Below, piece after piece: positions 8,910-18,422 of a stretch of DNA of 64,000 nucleotides. The DNA is from an uncultured Lachnospiraceae bacterium. Lineage in GTDB: Bacteria; Bacillota; Clostridia; Eubacteriales; Anaerofustaceae. The notes beneath the pieces were generated by a model, which ran no database searches, was not told the DNA's origin, and was given only the letters and a program-made list of their open reading frames with translations. Location of the stretch: contig CAYUFL010000001.1 in NCBI GenBank assembly GCA_964444065.1, forward strand, positions 15,015-79,014, given 5' to 3'. The translations under genes were made by a program, and so were the position numbers. Within the stretch, counting starts at the first letter, position 1; each line of letters starts with the position of its first letter.

Positions 8910-10322
8910 TTACGGAATCATTTCCGTCTTTTCTTCTTTATTCTTCTTGCCGATGTTCAGGACAATATTCATCAGAATACCGAAAATTGCCGCACCAGCG
9001 ATGCACGGGACATCCAATCCGAAAAACGGAATGTTTCCGCCGTAGGCATACTGTCCGCCCAAACCGATAATCATAATCGTTGCGATGACTGCGATATTCT
9101 TCGCACTGAACATGTCTACCTTTTTCTCGATCATAATGGCTACGCCCTGTGCTGCAATTGCCCCGAACAAATAGATTTCCAACCCGCCGATGACAGCTGT
9201 CGGAATCGCATAAATCGCATTAATCAGCGGCGTGAAGCATGCAAGCACCATTGCCACCACCGATGCACCGAGCAGCACCCAGATGGAAAACACGCGTGTA
9301 ATTGCCATTGCACTGATATTTTCGCCGTAATTCGTGCCTGCAGGTCCGCCGAGCAAACCGGAAACGATATCGCCGATGCCGTCACCGATCAGATTGCTTC
9401 CCAACAGATCGGCGATGCGATAGCGTTTATCCGATCCTTTTTTCTTTGCGAGGTCGTTCACATAAATATCAAGCTGATAGACATGCGCCGTTGACTCCGG
9501 TATCGTTGCGATTGCAATCGGCATAATTGCTGCCACTGCCAACCATGATGCTTTCGGCAACGTGAATTCGGGCAGGGCAAAAATGCCGCTTGCCGTACCG
9601 TCCGAAAGTACCTTGAACAAGTCAATCCCCGTAATCAGCTGGATCACATAAGCCGTTATACATCCGAGAATCGGACCGAGCAGAAGGGGAAGCTGACCGA
9701 ACATCCCTTTTAAATAGACCGAGAACAGAATCGTTGAGATCAGTGTCACCAAAGAAATAATCCAAGCCATATTGGTTGCGAGTGCTACTTGGGATGCGCT
9801 GACCGAAACTGCACCCAACGTATTGATCGCAATGGAAGATGCATCCGACAGCGCTGTGCCTGCCAATGTCAGCCCGATCACCATCGCAATCGGACCTGTC
9901 ACGCTTGCCGGCAGTATTTTTTCGATGGAATCTCTTCCAAAGCGCCTGACAATCAGCCCTGCTGCAATCGAAACAATCCCCGACATCATGATTCCAAACT
10001 GTGCGATCGCGATCTTATCGTTGAGTGCAAGACCTGCGAGGGCTTCGGAACTCATCAGACTGCCGATGGCCGCAACATAAGAAAAGCTCGATCCGTAGTA
10101 AAGGGGAATTTTTCTTCCCGTTACGAGGATAAAGCATATCGTTGCAAGTCCGCTTGCAAAAATAGTGGTTGAAATATGAAATCCCGTGATAATGGCAACT
10201 GCGACAGTTGCAGGAAACATGACGATTACCTGCTGAATCGAATACAACAGCAGTTTCAAAAAGGGCGGTCGCTCGTCAGGCAGATAACCGCTTGTTGTTT
10301 GTGTAGTCTGATTTGTTGTCAT
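8910..10322 (-). CDS. NCS2-family nucleobase (uracil/xanthine-type) permease
   Basis: 470 aa with about 12-14 TM helices. NCS2-like motifs (ESTAHV..., GDGIGDIVSGLLGGPAGTNYGENI). Confidence 0.85.
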   Translation of the reverse strand: MTTNQTTQTTSGYLPDERPPFLKLLLYSIQQVIVMFPATVAVAIITGFHISTTIFASGLATICFILVTGRKIPLYYGSSFSYVAAIGSLMSSEALAGLALNDKIAIAQFGIMMSGIVSIAAGLIVRRFGRDSIEKILPASVTGPIAMVIGLTLAGTALSDASSIAINTLGAVSVSASQVALATNMAWIISLVTLISTILFSVYLKGMFGQLPLLLGPILGCITAYVIQLITGIDLFKVLSDGTASGIFALPEFTLPKASWLAVAAIMPIAIATIPESTAHVYQLDIYVNDLAKKKGSDKRYRIADLLGSNLIGDGIGDIVSGLLGGPAGTNYGENISAMAITRVFSIWVLLGASVVAMVLACFTPLINAIYAIPTAVIGGLEIYLFGAIAAQGVAIMIEKKVDMFSAKNIAVIATIMIIGLGGQYAYGGNIPFFGLDVPCIAGAAIFGILMNIVLNIGKKNKEEKTEMIP

Positions 10323-10464
10323 AAATCCTCTCCTTAATCATATAATAAACTGCATTGCTTTCACTTTCGGCAACATCGATCCAAAGCGGAAGCATGATCG
10401 CCGTACTGCCAAAATACGCACAAAAGTGATTTGCTCAAATGGTACGCCATTGGAGCGCTTCGCG

Positions 10465-10887
10465 TTATCTGCAGTTCTTGACTGAATTTTCCATTACTTT
10501 TTCCATCAATCGACCGAAAACATCTCGTTCTATCTCGGTAAGATTTTCCGTCATCAGATCCTGCCATTTATCATGCACCTGCAGAATAGTCTTGTTGACT
10601 TCCACTGCTTTTTCTGTCGGGAAAAGATGATATTCCCTTCGATCCGTCTCATTCGGTTTTTTTACCACATACCCCTGGCTTTCGAGCATCGAGATCACTT
10701 TCGCAGAAGTACTTTTGTCGATCAGCAAATAATGCGACAGTTCTTCCTGGGTACATCCCGGATTCTCACAAATCCCGAGAACAAACATATATTGTCCACT
10801 GGTGATACCTACGCTCTTCAGGTTTTCGTTAATGAACATATGTGTCCTCCGGTAACTGACCGAAATATACTTTGAGATATCTTTCAT
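10465..10887 (-). CDS. MarR-family transcriptional regulator
   Basis: 140 aa. Winged-HTH pattern GITSGQYMFVLGICENPGCTQEELSHYLLIDKSTSAKVISMLESQGYV. Confidence 0.85.
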   Translation of the reverse strand: MKDISKYISVSYRRTHMFINENLKSVGITSGQYMFVLGICENPGCTQEELSHYLLIDKSTSAKVISMLESQGYVVKKPNETDRREYHLFPTEKAVEVNKTILQVHDKWQDLMTENLTEIERDVFGRLMEKVMENSVKNCR

Positions 10888-10949
10888 TATTATCCTCGCT
10901 TATTAAGTTTCGTATGCAACTTTATTTATTGAATTTTATCACAGAATTA

Positions 10950-10978
10950 TTGACAAAACAGGTAACACTCTCTATAAT
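10950..10978 (+). promoter_or_regulatory. Perfect consensus sigma-A promoter facing away from marR
   Basis: TTGACA (10950-10955), 17-nt spacer, TATAAT (10973-10978). An 8-nt inverted repeat ATAATAGT-N10-ACTATTAT (10977-11002) overlaps the -10/TSS region. Confidence 0.6.
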
Positions 10979-10984
10979 AATAGT

Positions 10985-11216
10985 TGCTAACACCACTATT
11001 ATATGAACCTGATCCATCGAATCGTCACTTTGAAAAGTATAACATACATCAAAGTGTTTGTCACCGAATAATGCCTCTTTCGGAAAAGTATGGATCACCC
11101 TGCTGTCGGGAAACCGACAGCAACTTCCTAAGCGTTCCAGTATATATTCAGTATATTTGTCCTTCCTTTCAAACAAAAAGACCTGCACGGGGAAGCATGG
11201 TCTTTTTGTTTTTTAT
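10985..11216 (+). ncRNA. Candidate ~230-nt structured RNA (orphan transcript, convergent with the MATE gene)
   Basis: Lies between the consensus promoter and the terminator (11177-11216). Nested helices: TGATCCAT(11010-17)/ATGGATCA(11090-97), CACTTTGA(11026-33)/TCAAAGTG(11049-56), CCGAA(11064-68)/TTCGG(11079-83), and GCTGTCGG-GAAA-CCGACAGC (11102-11121, GNRA loop on the + strand only). No SD-preceded ORF. Confidence 0.35.
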
Positions 11217-11219
11217 TCT

Positions 11220-12650
11220 TTATTTTTTTTGAATGCTCTGCTCCGGTTGAGCATTGAGTACAATCTGTTCTTTACGGAACATAATATAAGTCAGCAGCGC
11301 TGCACCGATATCCGCTACCGGACCTGCATACAGGATTCCTTCGATCCCCCAGAAAATCGGGAATATCAGGATCAACGGGATTAAAAAGAAAATCTGACGG
11401 GTCAATGACAGCAATGATGCTTTTTGCGGTTTCCCGACCGACTGAAAATAGCCGGACATCGGAATCTGAAAACCTGCCGCAAAAAGACCCAAAAGAAAAA
11501 TACGAAATGCCAGTACCGCAAAATGCGTATAAGTCTCATTTTCCGCTCCGAAGACAGAGATAATCGCCTGCGGAAAAATCATGAAACAAAGCCATCCGAC
11601 AAATGATACCGCGCAAGTATAGATCAATACCGTTTTTAATGCTGCTTTCACTCTCGCATAATTTTCGGCACCATAGTTAAATCCGATAATTGGTTGTGCA
11701 CCGATACCGATCCCGAGTATCACGGAAATCACGATCATATTGACCTTCATGACAATCCCCATGACGGAAAGAGGAACTTCGCTTCCGTAGGCGGAAAGCG
11801 CACCATAGTATTTAAGAGAATTATTTAAAACGATCTGTACAAACACACCGGAAAGCTGCGTGATGAGACTTGCCATACCCAATATTACAATCGTTTTGGC
11901 ATAATTGAATTTCAGCTTCACATACGACCAGCGAAAATCAATGTGTTTGAACCGCATAAGATACAATGCGGAAAAACCAAAACCGAATATCTGCCCGATT
12001 ACGGTTGCCATCGCGGCACCTTGCACGCCGAGGTGAAGGGTAAAAATGAAGATCGGATCGAGTATCGTATTCAGAATCGCTCCGCTGAGTATCGAAAGCA
12101 TCGAATAGCGCGGACTGCCGTCCGCACGAATCACTGCATTCAGTGTCAGCGTCATCATCATGAACGGTATTCCGATGAGGGTAACGGAGGTATAATCCAG
12201 CGCATACTGCAAAATAAGGTCCGTTGCACCGAACAGCATCATCAGCTGAGGGAGAAACAACGCACTGATACCGGCAAGCAGAATACCGAATATCAATGAC
12301 ATCACCAGTCCTGTACCGAAACCTTCCGATGCTTCTTCTCTGCTCCCCTGTCCAAGCAGAAGGCTGGTATTGGCGGCGCATCCGTTGCCGATCATCAGTG
12401 AAATTGCCAGGGTCAGAGAAACGAGAGGAAATGCCACATTGGTTGCAGCATTGCCCAGATAACCGACACCCTGACCGATAAAAATTTGGTCGACTATATT
12501 ATAAACGGAATTCACAAGCATGGAAATCACGCTGGGAACTGCAAATTTTCTGATTAATAAAGAAATCTTTTCACTACCCAAAGGGTTTACTCTGTTTTGT
12601 ACATTCTCCTGCACGCGAACACAACCTTTCTTCTCATCTCGACTGAACAT
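11220..12650 (-). CDS. MATE-family efflux transporter
   Basis: ORF 11220..12671. NPLGSEKISLLIRKFAVPSVISMLVNSVYNIVDQIFIGQG N-terminal signature and 12 TM helices. Start is uncertain (ATG 12650 or a downstream GTG). Confidence 0.85.
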   Translation of the reverse strand: MFSRDEKKGCVRVQENVQNRVNPLGSEKISLLIRKFAVPSVISMLVNSVYNIVDQIFIGQGVGYLGNAATNVAFPLVSLTLAISLMIGNGCAANTSLLLGQGSREEASEGFGTGLVMSLIFGILLAGISALFLPQLMMLFGATDLILQYALDYTSVTLIGIPFMMMTLTLNAVIRADGSPRYSMLSILSGAILNTILDPIFIFTLHLGVQGAAMATVIGQIFGFGFSALYLMRFKHIDFRWSYVKLKFNYAKTIVILGMASLITQLSGVFVQIVLNNSLKYYGALSAYGSEVPLSVMGIVMKVNMIVISVILGIGIGAQPIIGFNYGAENYARVKAALKTVLIYTCAVSFVGWLCFMIFPQAIISVFGAENETYTHFAVLAFRIFLLGLFAAGFQIPMSGYFQSVGKPQKASLLSLTRQIFFLIPLILIFPIFWGIEGILYAGPVADIGAALLTYIMFRKEQIVLNAQPEQSIQKK

Positions 12651-12781
12651 TACAGTACAATTGAGATACAATAAATTATTATAACAAAAAAATAGGAATT
12701 ATGCCATAAAATCATAAGGATTCCATCTGAATTATTTTTTCTCGTACGGAGCACATCTCAACCAAAACGGTTTTCGGCAAT

Positions 12782-12805
12782 AAAAAAAGGGCAGGTGCCC
12801 TTTTT
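12782..12805 (-). terminator. Intrinsic terminator after the ATP-grasp gene
   Basis: AAAAAAAGGGC-AGGT-GCCCTTTTT, a short GC stem flanked by A and T runs. Confidence 0.5.
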
Positions 12806-12810
12806 CTGAT

Positions 12811-14139
12811 TTACGCATTCACATACATGGAGCCCAGAGAAAACCCGTCATGCTGCGCTGAAATAATCGCCTGCCTGCCCGCACGGGAGAACACGCCGCT
12901 GAATCGTCCGTCGTACAAATACAGTCCTGTAATATTCCCGAACATATCGACAACAAGCTCTCCATCCTCATCGAAATAGCAATTGAGGGTTTCAAAGGGC
13001 GCAACGTATTCCTGCAGGAGAAAATCGTTCTTGATCCCAAGTTCGAGTGCGTTTGACCAATCCTCATCACTGAGTTCAATTCCTGCATATACAAATTTGG
13101 ACGCATACATATCGGATGGTTTGATAATCCATTTGTCTTTGTTCAGCAGCACTTCGTTGTAATCATAATTGCCGCTGCTGAGCACCGTAGTAAACGGGAA
13201 ATGATCCGATACAAACCGGTTTTCTTCTTCGGTCAAAAACGCCTGCGTTTCCGGTCTGCGCAAAATTGCAAACAGCAGCTTGACATGCGCAATCTGAGAA
13301 CGGATATGCCCGATAATACATACCTTGCCTTCCAACACGCTTTGAACAAAATCTTCGCAGGTATCTTTCTTTGCCATGATTTCGCCGGTAACGGCTCTGC
13401 GATAAACAGCATCGATCTTTCTGTCCTGCGCATACAAATCACCATCCCGATAAGTCAGTTTTCGAATATCGGCAATGATAGCATCGCAGCCTTTTTTCTC
13501 AAAAGACTGTCGGAAGATTTCGAATTCGTTCGAAATCCCGCTCTCCAGAAAATCAACAATCGCGACAAGGGGACGTTCCACCCGAGCCGGATACTGCGCG
13601 TAGACATCCATGAATCCGTCAACAAGACTGTCAAACAACTCGTAACGTCCCACATCCAGATCCTTGGAGAATTTATGGAACGCATATGTTTCGGAAAGTC
13701 CGTCCGCGATATCCGTTTCTTCCGCCATGCCGCTCGATCCGTCCGTATTGAATTCGCAGAATTTAAACGTTCCCGCGTCTTCGTTGTAAAACAAATCAAT
13801 TCTTGCAATCGGAATGAGTGCTTCATACCGGCAAACAGACAAGATCATACTTTCCAGAAGCGGATCAAACCGAAATAATTTACGGTAAGTATCATCGTCG
13901 AGATATTTCTGCGTTACCTTTTGCAAAATGCGATATGTCGTATTTGCAATATATTCAAAGTGCGCAATGATTTCTTTATTGAACAGTTTCGGAATCAGGA
14001 GAAATTCCACGGGAAATGTATCAAAATAATCAGCATCTTCCTTCAGCTTCTGCTTAAATGCGCAGATTTCATGGTAGGTGCGTTCATCATAGTCTTTTAT
14101 GATTTGCAGGTATTTCTGGTTCATTTCACTTGTTTTCAT
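12811..14139 (-). CDS. Glutathionylspermidine-synthase-like (circularly permuted ATP-grasp) amide ligase
   Basis: 442 aa. RIDLFYNEDAGTFKFCEFNTDGSSGMAEE resembles the R[FI]DL.Y...K..E.N.D motif of the GspS pre-ATP-grasp family. Adjacent to a GCL-like gene. Confidence 0.5.
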   Translation of the reverse strand: MKTSEMNQKYLQIIKDYDERTYHEICAFKQKLKEDADYFDTFPVEFLLIPKLFNKEIIAHFEYIANTTYRILQKVTQKYLDDDTYRKLFRFDPLLESMILSVCRYEALIPIARIDLFYNEDAGTFKFCEFNTDGSSGMAEETDIADGLSETYAFHKFSKDLDVGRYELFDSLVDGFMDVYAQYPARVERPLVAIVDFLESGISNEFEIFRQSFEKKGCDAIIADIRKLTYRDGDLYAQDRKIDAVYRRAVTGEIMAKKDTCEDFVQSVLEGKVCIIGHIRSQIAHVKLLFAILRRPETQAFLTEEENRFVSDHFPFTTVLSSGNYDYNEVLLNKDKWIIKPSDMYASKFVYAGIELSDEDWSNALELGIKNDFLLQEYVAPFETLNCYFDEDGELVVDMFGNITGLYLYDGRFSGVFSRAGRQAIISAQHDGFSLGSMYVNA

Positions 14140-14246
14140 GTCATCGGCTCCTTATCTTGAGGTGCATTTCCATGCACAGGCTTCCCCCTAAAGACCTTTT
14201 GCGTTTCATGCAGTGAAGTAGTTTACGTGTTTTTTATATCGATATT

Positions 14247-15482
14247 CTATTGCAGCGTCATTTCGTATAAATGCATTTTCGATTTTGCACAGAGTCGAAA
14301 TGCTTCCAGATAATGTGCCTCGTCTCCCAGCACATCGCCCGCATCGTCCAGCATCTGCAGGATAAAATCACAAACAGGGACATCGCGATACGTTGCATCA
14401 TTGCCTTTTTGTATCAGATCTGCCTTTAACTGAGCCGCATCACGGTTTGCAAATCCCGCAAAGACATCCGTATATTTTTTCAGATTGTTCTCATTGTAAA
14501 ACAATCCCTTAATCAACGCCGTATACGCAAGCATATATTCCTTCGGCAGCGAATCCGCCATGCGGATTTCGATATAATGACGTACTCTCACATCAGGGAA
14601 AAACATCCCGATCGCATAATCGATATCTGTTTCACTCATACATTCGTCAGCAAACAATTCGGACAGCGTGTGTTCTCCCGTAAAGCTCAACAAACCATCT
14701 TTGTGCGTGACAACCGCAGGTCTGTCATACAGATACTGTGCATATTCCCGATAACCGAACGGGCGGTCAAGTGCGCCCGGCACGATACCGGAACGCTCGG
14801 GATCCACTTCATCCCATATCCGCGCACGCAGCATATGCCGGGCGACGGGCATTCCTTCGAAATACGGTGCGTTGTCTGTCATGAAATAAAGAAACGGACT
14901 CAGGCAATTTGCCAACCGAAATTTCTTGCGAAAATCATCTTCGGACGTATAATCGATCGATACCTGCACCGATGCGGTTCCTTTCATCATATTCAGCGCA
15001 TATCGTCCCTTCGTCGGCAGATATGCCGCCATTTGCATGTATCGTGTTTTCGGAATCATTTCCAACTCATCGGTACGGCTTGCGGGGTGGTATCCGTATG
15101 TCGCAAGCATCAGTCCGAGCGGGTTCAATACCGCATTCAATTCATTGCGAAAAGCATCGTATTCAGCGGCAAGCGCATCCATCGATCGTTGCGGCTCCAG
15201 ACTGACTTCAAGCTGCGCGGCGGGTTCCAATGTCAGATAGGATCCTTTTCTTTTCAGCCCAAGGAGCGCCCCGTCAATGATGACTTCTTCTTCATATTTT
15301 GCGCTCAATTCACGCAGAATACCCAATAAGCCCGGGTTGGTTGTATAGCCTACGCTTTTTTTTGTTTTGGCATCTATAATAAAATGCTCGATTTCCACAC
15401 CGAGCTTAAAATCTGTCGGGGTCTTTTCGCCCTGCCTGATATATTCTGCAATCAGACTGATATTCTGTTCCTTACAAGACAT
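14247..15482 (-). CDS. Glutamate-cysteine ligase family protein
   Basis: ORF 14247..15533. ATG 15482 (MSCKEQNISL) is preceded by GGAG at 7 nt. KLGVEIEHFIID and overall GCL-like pattern. Confidence 0.7.
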   Translation of the reverse strand: MSCKEQNISLIAEYIRQGEKTPTDFKLGVEIEHFIIDAKTKKSVGYTTNPGLLGILRELSAKYEEEVIIDGALLGLKRKGSYLTLEPAAQLEVSLEPQRSMDALAAEYDAFRNELNAVLNPLGLMLATYGYHPASRTDELEMIPKTRYMQMAAYLPTKGRYALNMMKGTASVQVSIDYTSEDDFRKKFRLANCLSPFLYFMTDNAPYFEGMPVARHMLRARIWDEVDPERSGIVPGALDRPFGYREYAQYLYDRPAVVTHKDGLLSFTGEHTLSELFADECMSETDIDYAIGMFFPDVRVRHYIEIRMADSLPKEYMLAYTALIKGLFYNENNLKKYTDVFAGFANRDAAQLKADLIQKGNDATYRDVPVCDFILQMLDDAGDVLGDEAHYLEAFRLCAKSKMHLYEMTLQ

Positions 15483-15586
15483 AACTGTGCTCCAAAAATC
15501 CATCGTTTTCTTTCGTATTATTATATCACACAATATCGTACAACGTCACTGTCAAACAAATTCATAGCAATAAAGTCGGAATTAGT

Positions 15587-16639
15587 TTAATTCGCCGGAT
15601 TATGGTTTTTCTTTTTCGGGAGTCTGTCAACACGCAGATGAACGAAAAAGACAGACACTCCGCTTACGATCAGATAAAGGTAAAAATTAATCCCGCGGCT
15701 GAGCAGCAGCCCCGGCATAAGTAAATCAGACGGATAAACGTATTGAAACAGTTTGACGAAACTTCTTTCGCTTGCTCCGACAGCGCCCGGCAACGGCAGT
15801 GATCCGGCTGAAAGCTGAACCATGCTTTGCATTGCGACAAAATCAGACCAGTGATATCCGTGTTGTGCGAATGCCAGATACACAAAATACGGAATGCTGA
15901 AATATGCTGTGAATTGCAAGATCAAAATCGCATACAGTTGCAGCAGCATTTTTGTGTTTGATTTCAGAAAAATAGCGCTTTGAATATAGTTATCGATCTG
16001 ATGATCCAAATTTTCCAATACTTTTTCTTTGTCTTTGATGATGCGGATTTTGGCAAGTACTTTGATCAGAAACCCGGCAATCGATTTGGCGGTTTTTTTT
16101 GAAAACAAGGCGATCAGCACTGCTGTGATCATCAGCCCGGATGCCAATGTACCGTAAACCAAAAGCACGCTCAGACGCTCGATATGAACCGATTGCAAAA
16201 AAGTATGTTTCAAGATAAACATCATCAGGCAAAACAACAAAAATGTTGACTGATACAGAATGATATAAATCAGAATCACAAGTGACGAGTTTGACATGGT
16301 AATCCCGTCTTTGTTCATGTAGTACATCTGCATCGGCTGTCCTCCGGTCGAAGACGGTGTGATGGAAGAAAAATAGAAATCCACATATGAATAACCGAGA
16401 CAACGCACATATTTCGTTTTTTGCCCGAGGTTTTTAAGCAGAATAAACATAACCCCTGATTCGCATCCCGTGTAAAGAAACATCATACACATGCCGCACA
16501 GCAGAAAAAATATATTTACATTGAGTACATCATGCAGTATTTCCTGGAAAGAATTGTCACGGAAAATAAAATATCCGGTCAACAAAATCAATACCGCAAA
16601 AAATATCATGCTGTAAGGGTGATTCTTTTTTTCATTCAC
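15587..16639 (-). CDS. Flippase-like / lysylphosphatidylglycerol-synthase-TM-domain (UPF0104) membrane protein
   Basis: 350 aa, about 8 TM helices. GSLPLPGAVGASE motif typical of the family. Confidence 0.65.
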   Translation of the reverse strand: MNEKKNHPYSMIFFAVLILLTGYFIFRDNSFQEILHDVLNVNIFFLLCGMCMMFLYTGCESGVMFILLKNLGQKTKYVRCLGYSYVDFYFSSITPSSTGGQPMQMYYMNKDGITMSNSSLVILIYIILYQSTFLLFCLMMFILKHTFLQSVHIERLSVLLVYGTLASGLMITAVLIALFSKKTAKSIAGFLIKVLAKIRIIKDKEKVLENLDHQIDNYIQSAIFLKSNTKMLLQLYAILILQFTAYFSIPYFVYLAFAQHGYHWSDFVAMQSMVQLSAGSLPLPGAVGASERSFVKLFQYVYPSDLLMPGLLLSRGINFYLYLIVSGVSVFFVHLRVDRLPKKKNHNPAN

Positions 16640-16758
16640 TTCAATACCTCAAAAACTGCAGCACACACTGACCAGACTGATCTTCCGTAAAGCACTTAAA
16701 GCAGTATATTTCAACTATACTGCATTTATTCTCTGTAACGAAGTTTTTTCATCGATTT

Positions 16759-17133
16759 CTATGATTTGAGTACTCCGATATTTTTTGTGGAAATGATATC
16801 CACATGTGAATTGCGTACATTTCGTATCACGGTATCTCCGATGCGCACAGGGGCGCTGAGCGAAACCTTGGCAATATCTTCCATCACATCAAACAACAAG
16901 CCTTTTGAAATCGGTTCCGCTGTTTTTACACTCACAACAGGAAGATCCCCTCCCTGCACACGCACCAGTGAAGTCAGCATCCGCTTGGGCGAAGTCAGCT
17001 CCTGTTTTGCATAGAGCGCACCACGTTTGCACCCGTTTCCCTGAATTGATGTAATATTCATCTTATCGTCTGTTTCCACAGTAATGCGGCATCCGACCGG
17101 ACAAGTCAGACAAATCAATTCTTTTTTCATCAT
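16759..17133 (-). CDS. DUF1667 domain protein
   Basis: 124 aa. LICLTCPVGCRITVE...GNGCKRG motif. ATGA overlap with the upstream oxidoreductase. Confidence 0.75.
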   Translation of the reverse strand: MMKKELICLTCPVGCRITVETDDKMNITSIQGNGCKRGALYAKQELTSPKRMLTSLVRVQGGDLPVVSVKTAEPISKGLLFDVMEDIAKVSLSAPVRIGDTVIRNVRNSHVDIISTKNIGVLKS

Positions 17134-18422
17134 TGTTGCTCCTGATTCTTATTTTGGGCAGAGACAGCGGAACCGCATTTCAGAGAAAAATGCAATTCGC
17201 CTTTCTTATCTTTGAGCCTGTCGGAATCAATGGGGAAATTGATCATTTCTCCCGGGGTGAATTTTCGATTCTTTTTTTCTGCGATCACCTCGCTGCCGAT
17301 CGCCGCGGTAATGAGCGCATGCTCGGATACCATTTTTACCCGCAGATAAAAATGTACGTCACCATCCAACACAGAAGTATCAATCATCTGCGGTACGGCA
17401 TAGCCGATGCCGTCTCCGACAGAAACGGTCAGCTCAGCTTCGTTGAACCGTTTCCCTTTGATATATTCCGCAGCACCGCGTCCCGCAATAAATGCTTCTT
17501 CCGAAACGTGATCAACCAGATCATGCACCTGAAGCACATTGCCGCAGGAAAAAATTCCTTCTGTTTTCGTCTGGCGCATCTGATTTACAACCGCGCCCTT
17601 CGTTCTCTGGTCAAGCAGAACTGCGCCGAGCATGCTCAATTCATTTTCCGGGATCAGACCCACGGAAAGAAGAAGCGTATCGCACGCAATCAACTCCTCT
17701 GTTTCGGGAATCGGCTTCAGATTTTCATCGACATCTGCCACGCTAACCCCCGTCAGCCGTTTATCTCCGTGAATCTTGGTAACCGTACGGCTTGTATAAA
17801 GCGGAATATCAAAATCATGCAGGCACTGTACGATATTGCGGTTCAAACCGTTTGAAAACGGCATCAGTTCATAAACACCTTTGACCTTTGCACCCTGCAG
17901 CGTCATTCTGCGTGCCATAATCAGTCCGATATCACCCGAACCGAGAATCACAGCTTCTTTTCCCACTGCAAGTCCTTCCATATTGATCAGCCGCTGTGCC
18001 GCACCGGCGGTGAATACACCGGAAGGGCGTGTGCCGGGAATATTCAGCGCACCACGCGTCCGTTCTCTGCAGCCCATCGCGAGCACCACAGCCTGCGGTT
18101 TGACAACAAAATAACCGTATTCGGCATTCATGCAATGTACCGTTTTGTTTCGTTCCAGATTAATTACCATCGTGTCAGTCATCAGATCGATTTCTGTCTT
18201 TGCGATTGCATTCATGTCCTTTGCCGCATATTCGGGACCTGTCAGTTCTTCGCCGAAGCGATGCAGCCCGAAGCCATTGTGGATACACTGATTCAAAATA
18301 CCGCCCGCACGCACATCGCGTTCCAGTAAAAGAATATTTTTTACCCCGTTTTCATATGCTGACAACGCTGCCGCCATGCCCGCGGGTCCCGCACCGATGA
18401 CGACCAGTTCATACTCTTTCAT
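17130..18422 (-). CDS. NAD(P)/FAD-dependent pyridine-nucleotide-disulfide-type oxidoreductase
   Basis: 430 aa. Two Rossmann motifs (VVIGAGPAGMAAA and AVILGSGDIGLIMA). Confidence 0.8.
   Translation of the reverse strand: MKEYELVVIGAGPAGMAAALSAYENGVKNILLLERDVRAGGILNQCIHNGFGLHRFGEELTGPEYAAKDMNAIAKTEIDLMTDTMVINLERNKTVHCMNAEYGYFVVKPQAVVLAMGCRERTRGALNIPGTRPSGVFTAGAAQRLINMEGLAVGKEAVILGSGDIGLIMARRMTLQGAKVKGVYELMPFSNGLNRNIVQCLHDFDIPLYTSRTVTKIHGDKRLTGVSVADVDENLKPIPETEELIACDTLLLSVGLIPENELSMLGAVLLDQRTKGAVVNQMRQTKTEGIFSCGNVLQVHDLVDHVSEEAFIAGRGAAEYIKGKRFNEAELTVSVGDGIGYAVPQMIDTSVLDGDVHFYLRVKMVSEHALITAAIGSEVIAEKKNRKFTPGEMINFPIDSDRLKDKKGELHFSLKCGSAVSAQNKNQEQQ

Noticed and set aside
10323-10464. Possible purine/pyrimidine riboswitch or PyrR attenuator upstream of the NCS2 nucleobase permease.
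   Set aside because: The 140-nt leader has only a weak interrupted hairpin. I could not find the purine-riboswitch junction motifs (UAUAAU...CCGUAAA-like core) or a PyrR binding loop, and there is no terminator U-tract.
10922-11188. Tracked 88-aa minus-strand ORF, and 82/108-aa plus-strand ORFs, in the marR-MATE intergenic region.
   Set aside because: There are no SD sequences. The starts fall inside the terminator hairpin, and the region is better explained by the promoter / structured RNA / terminator arrangement.
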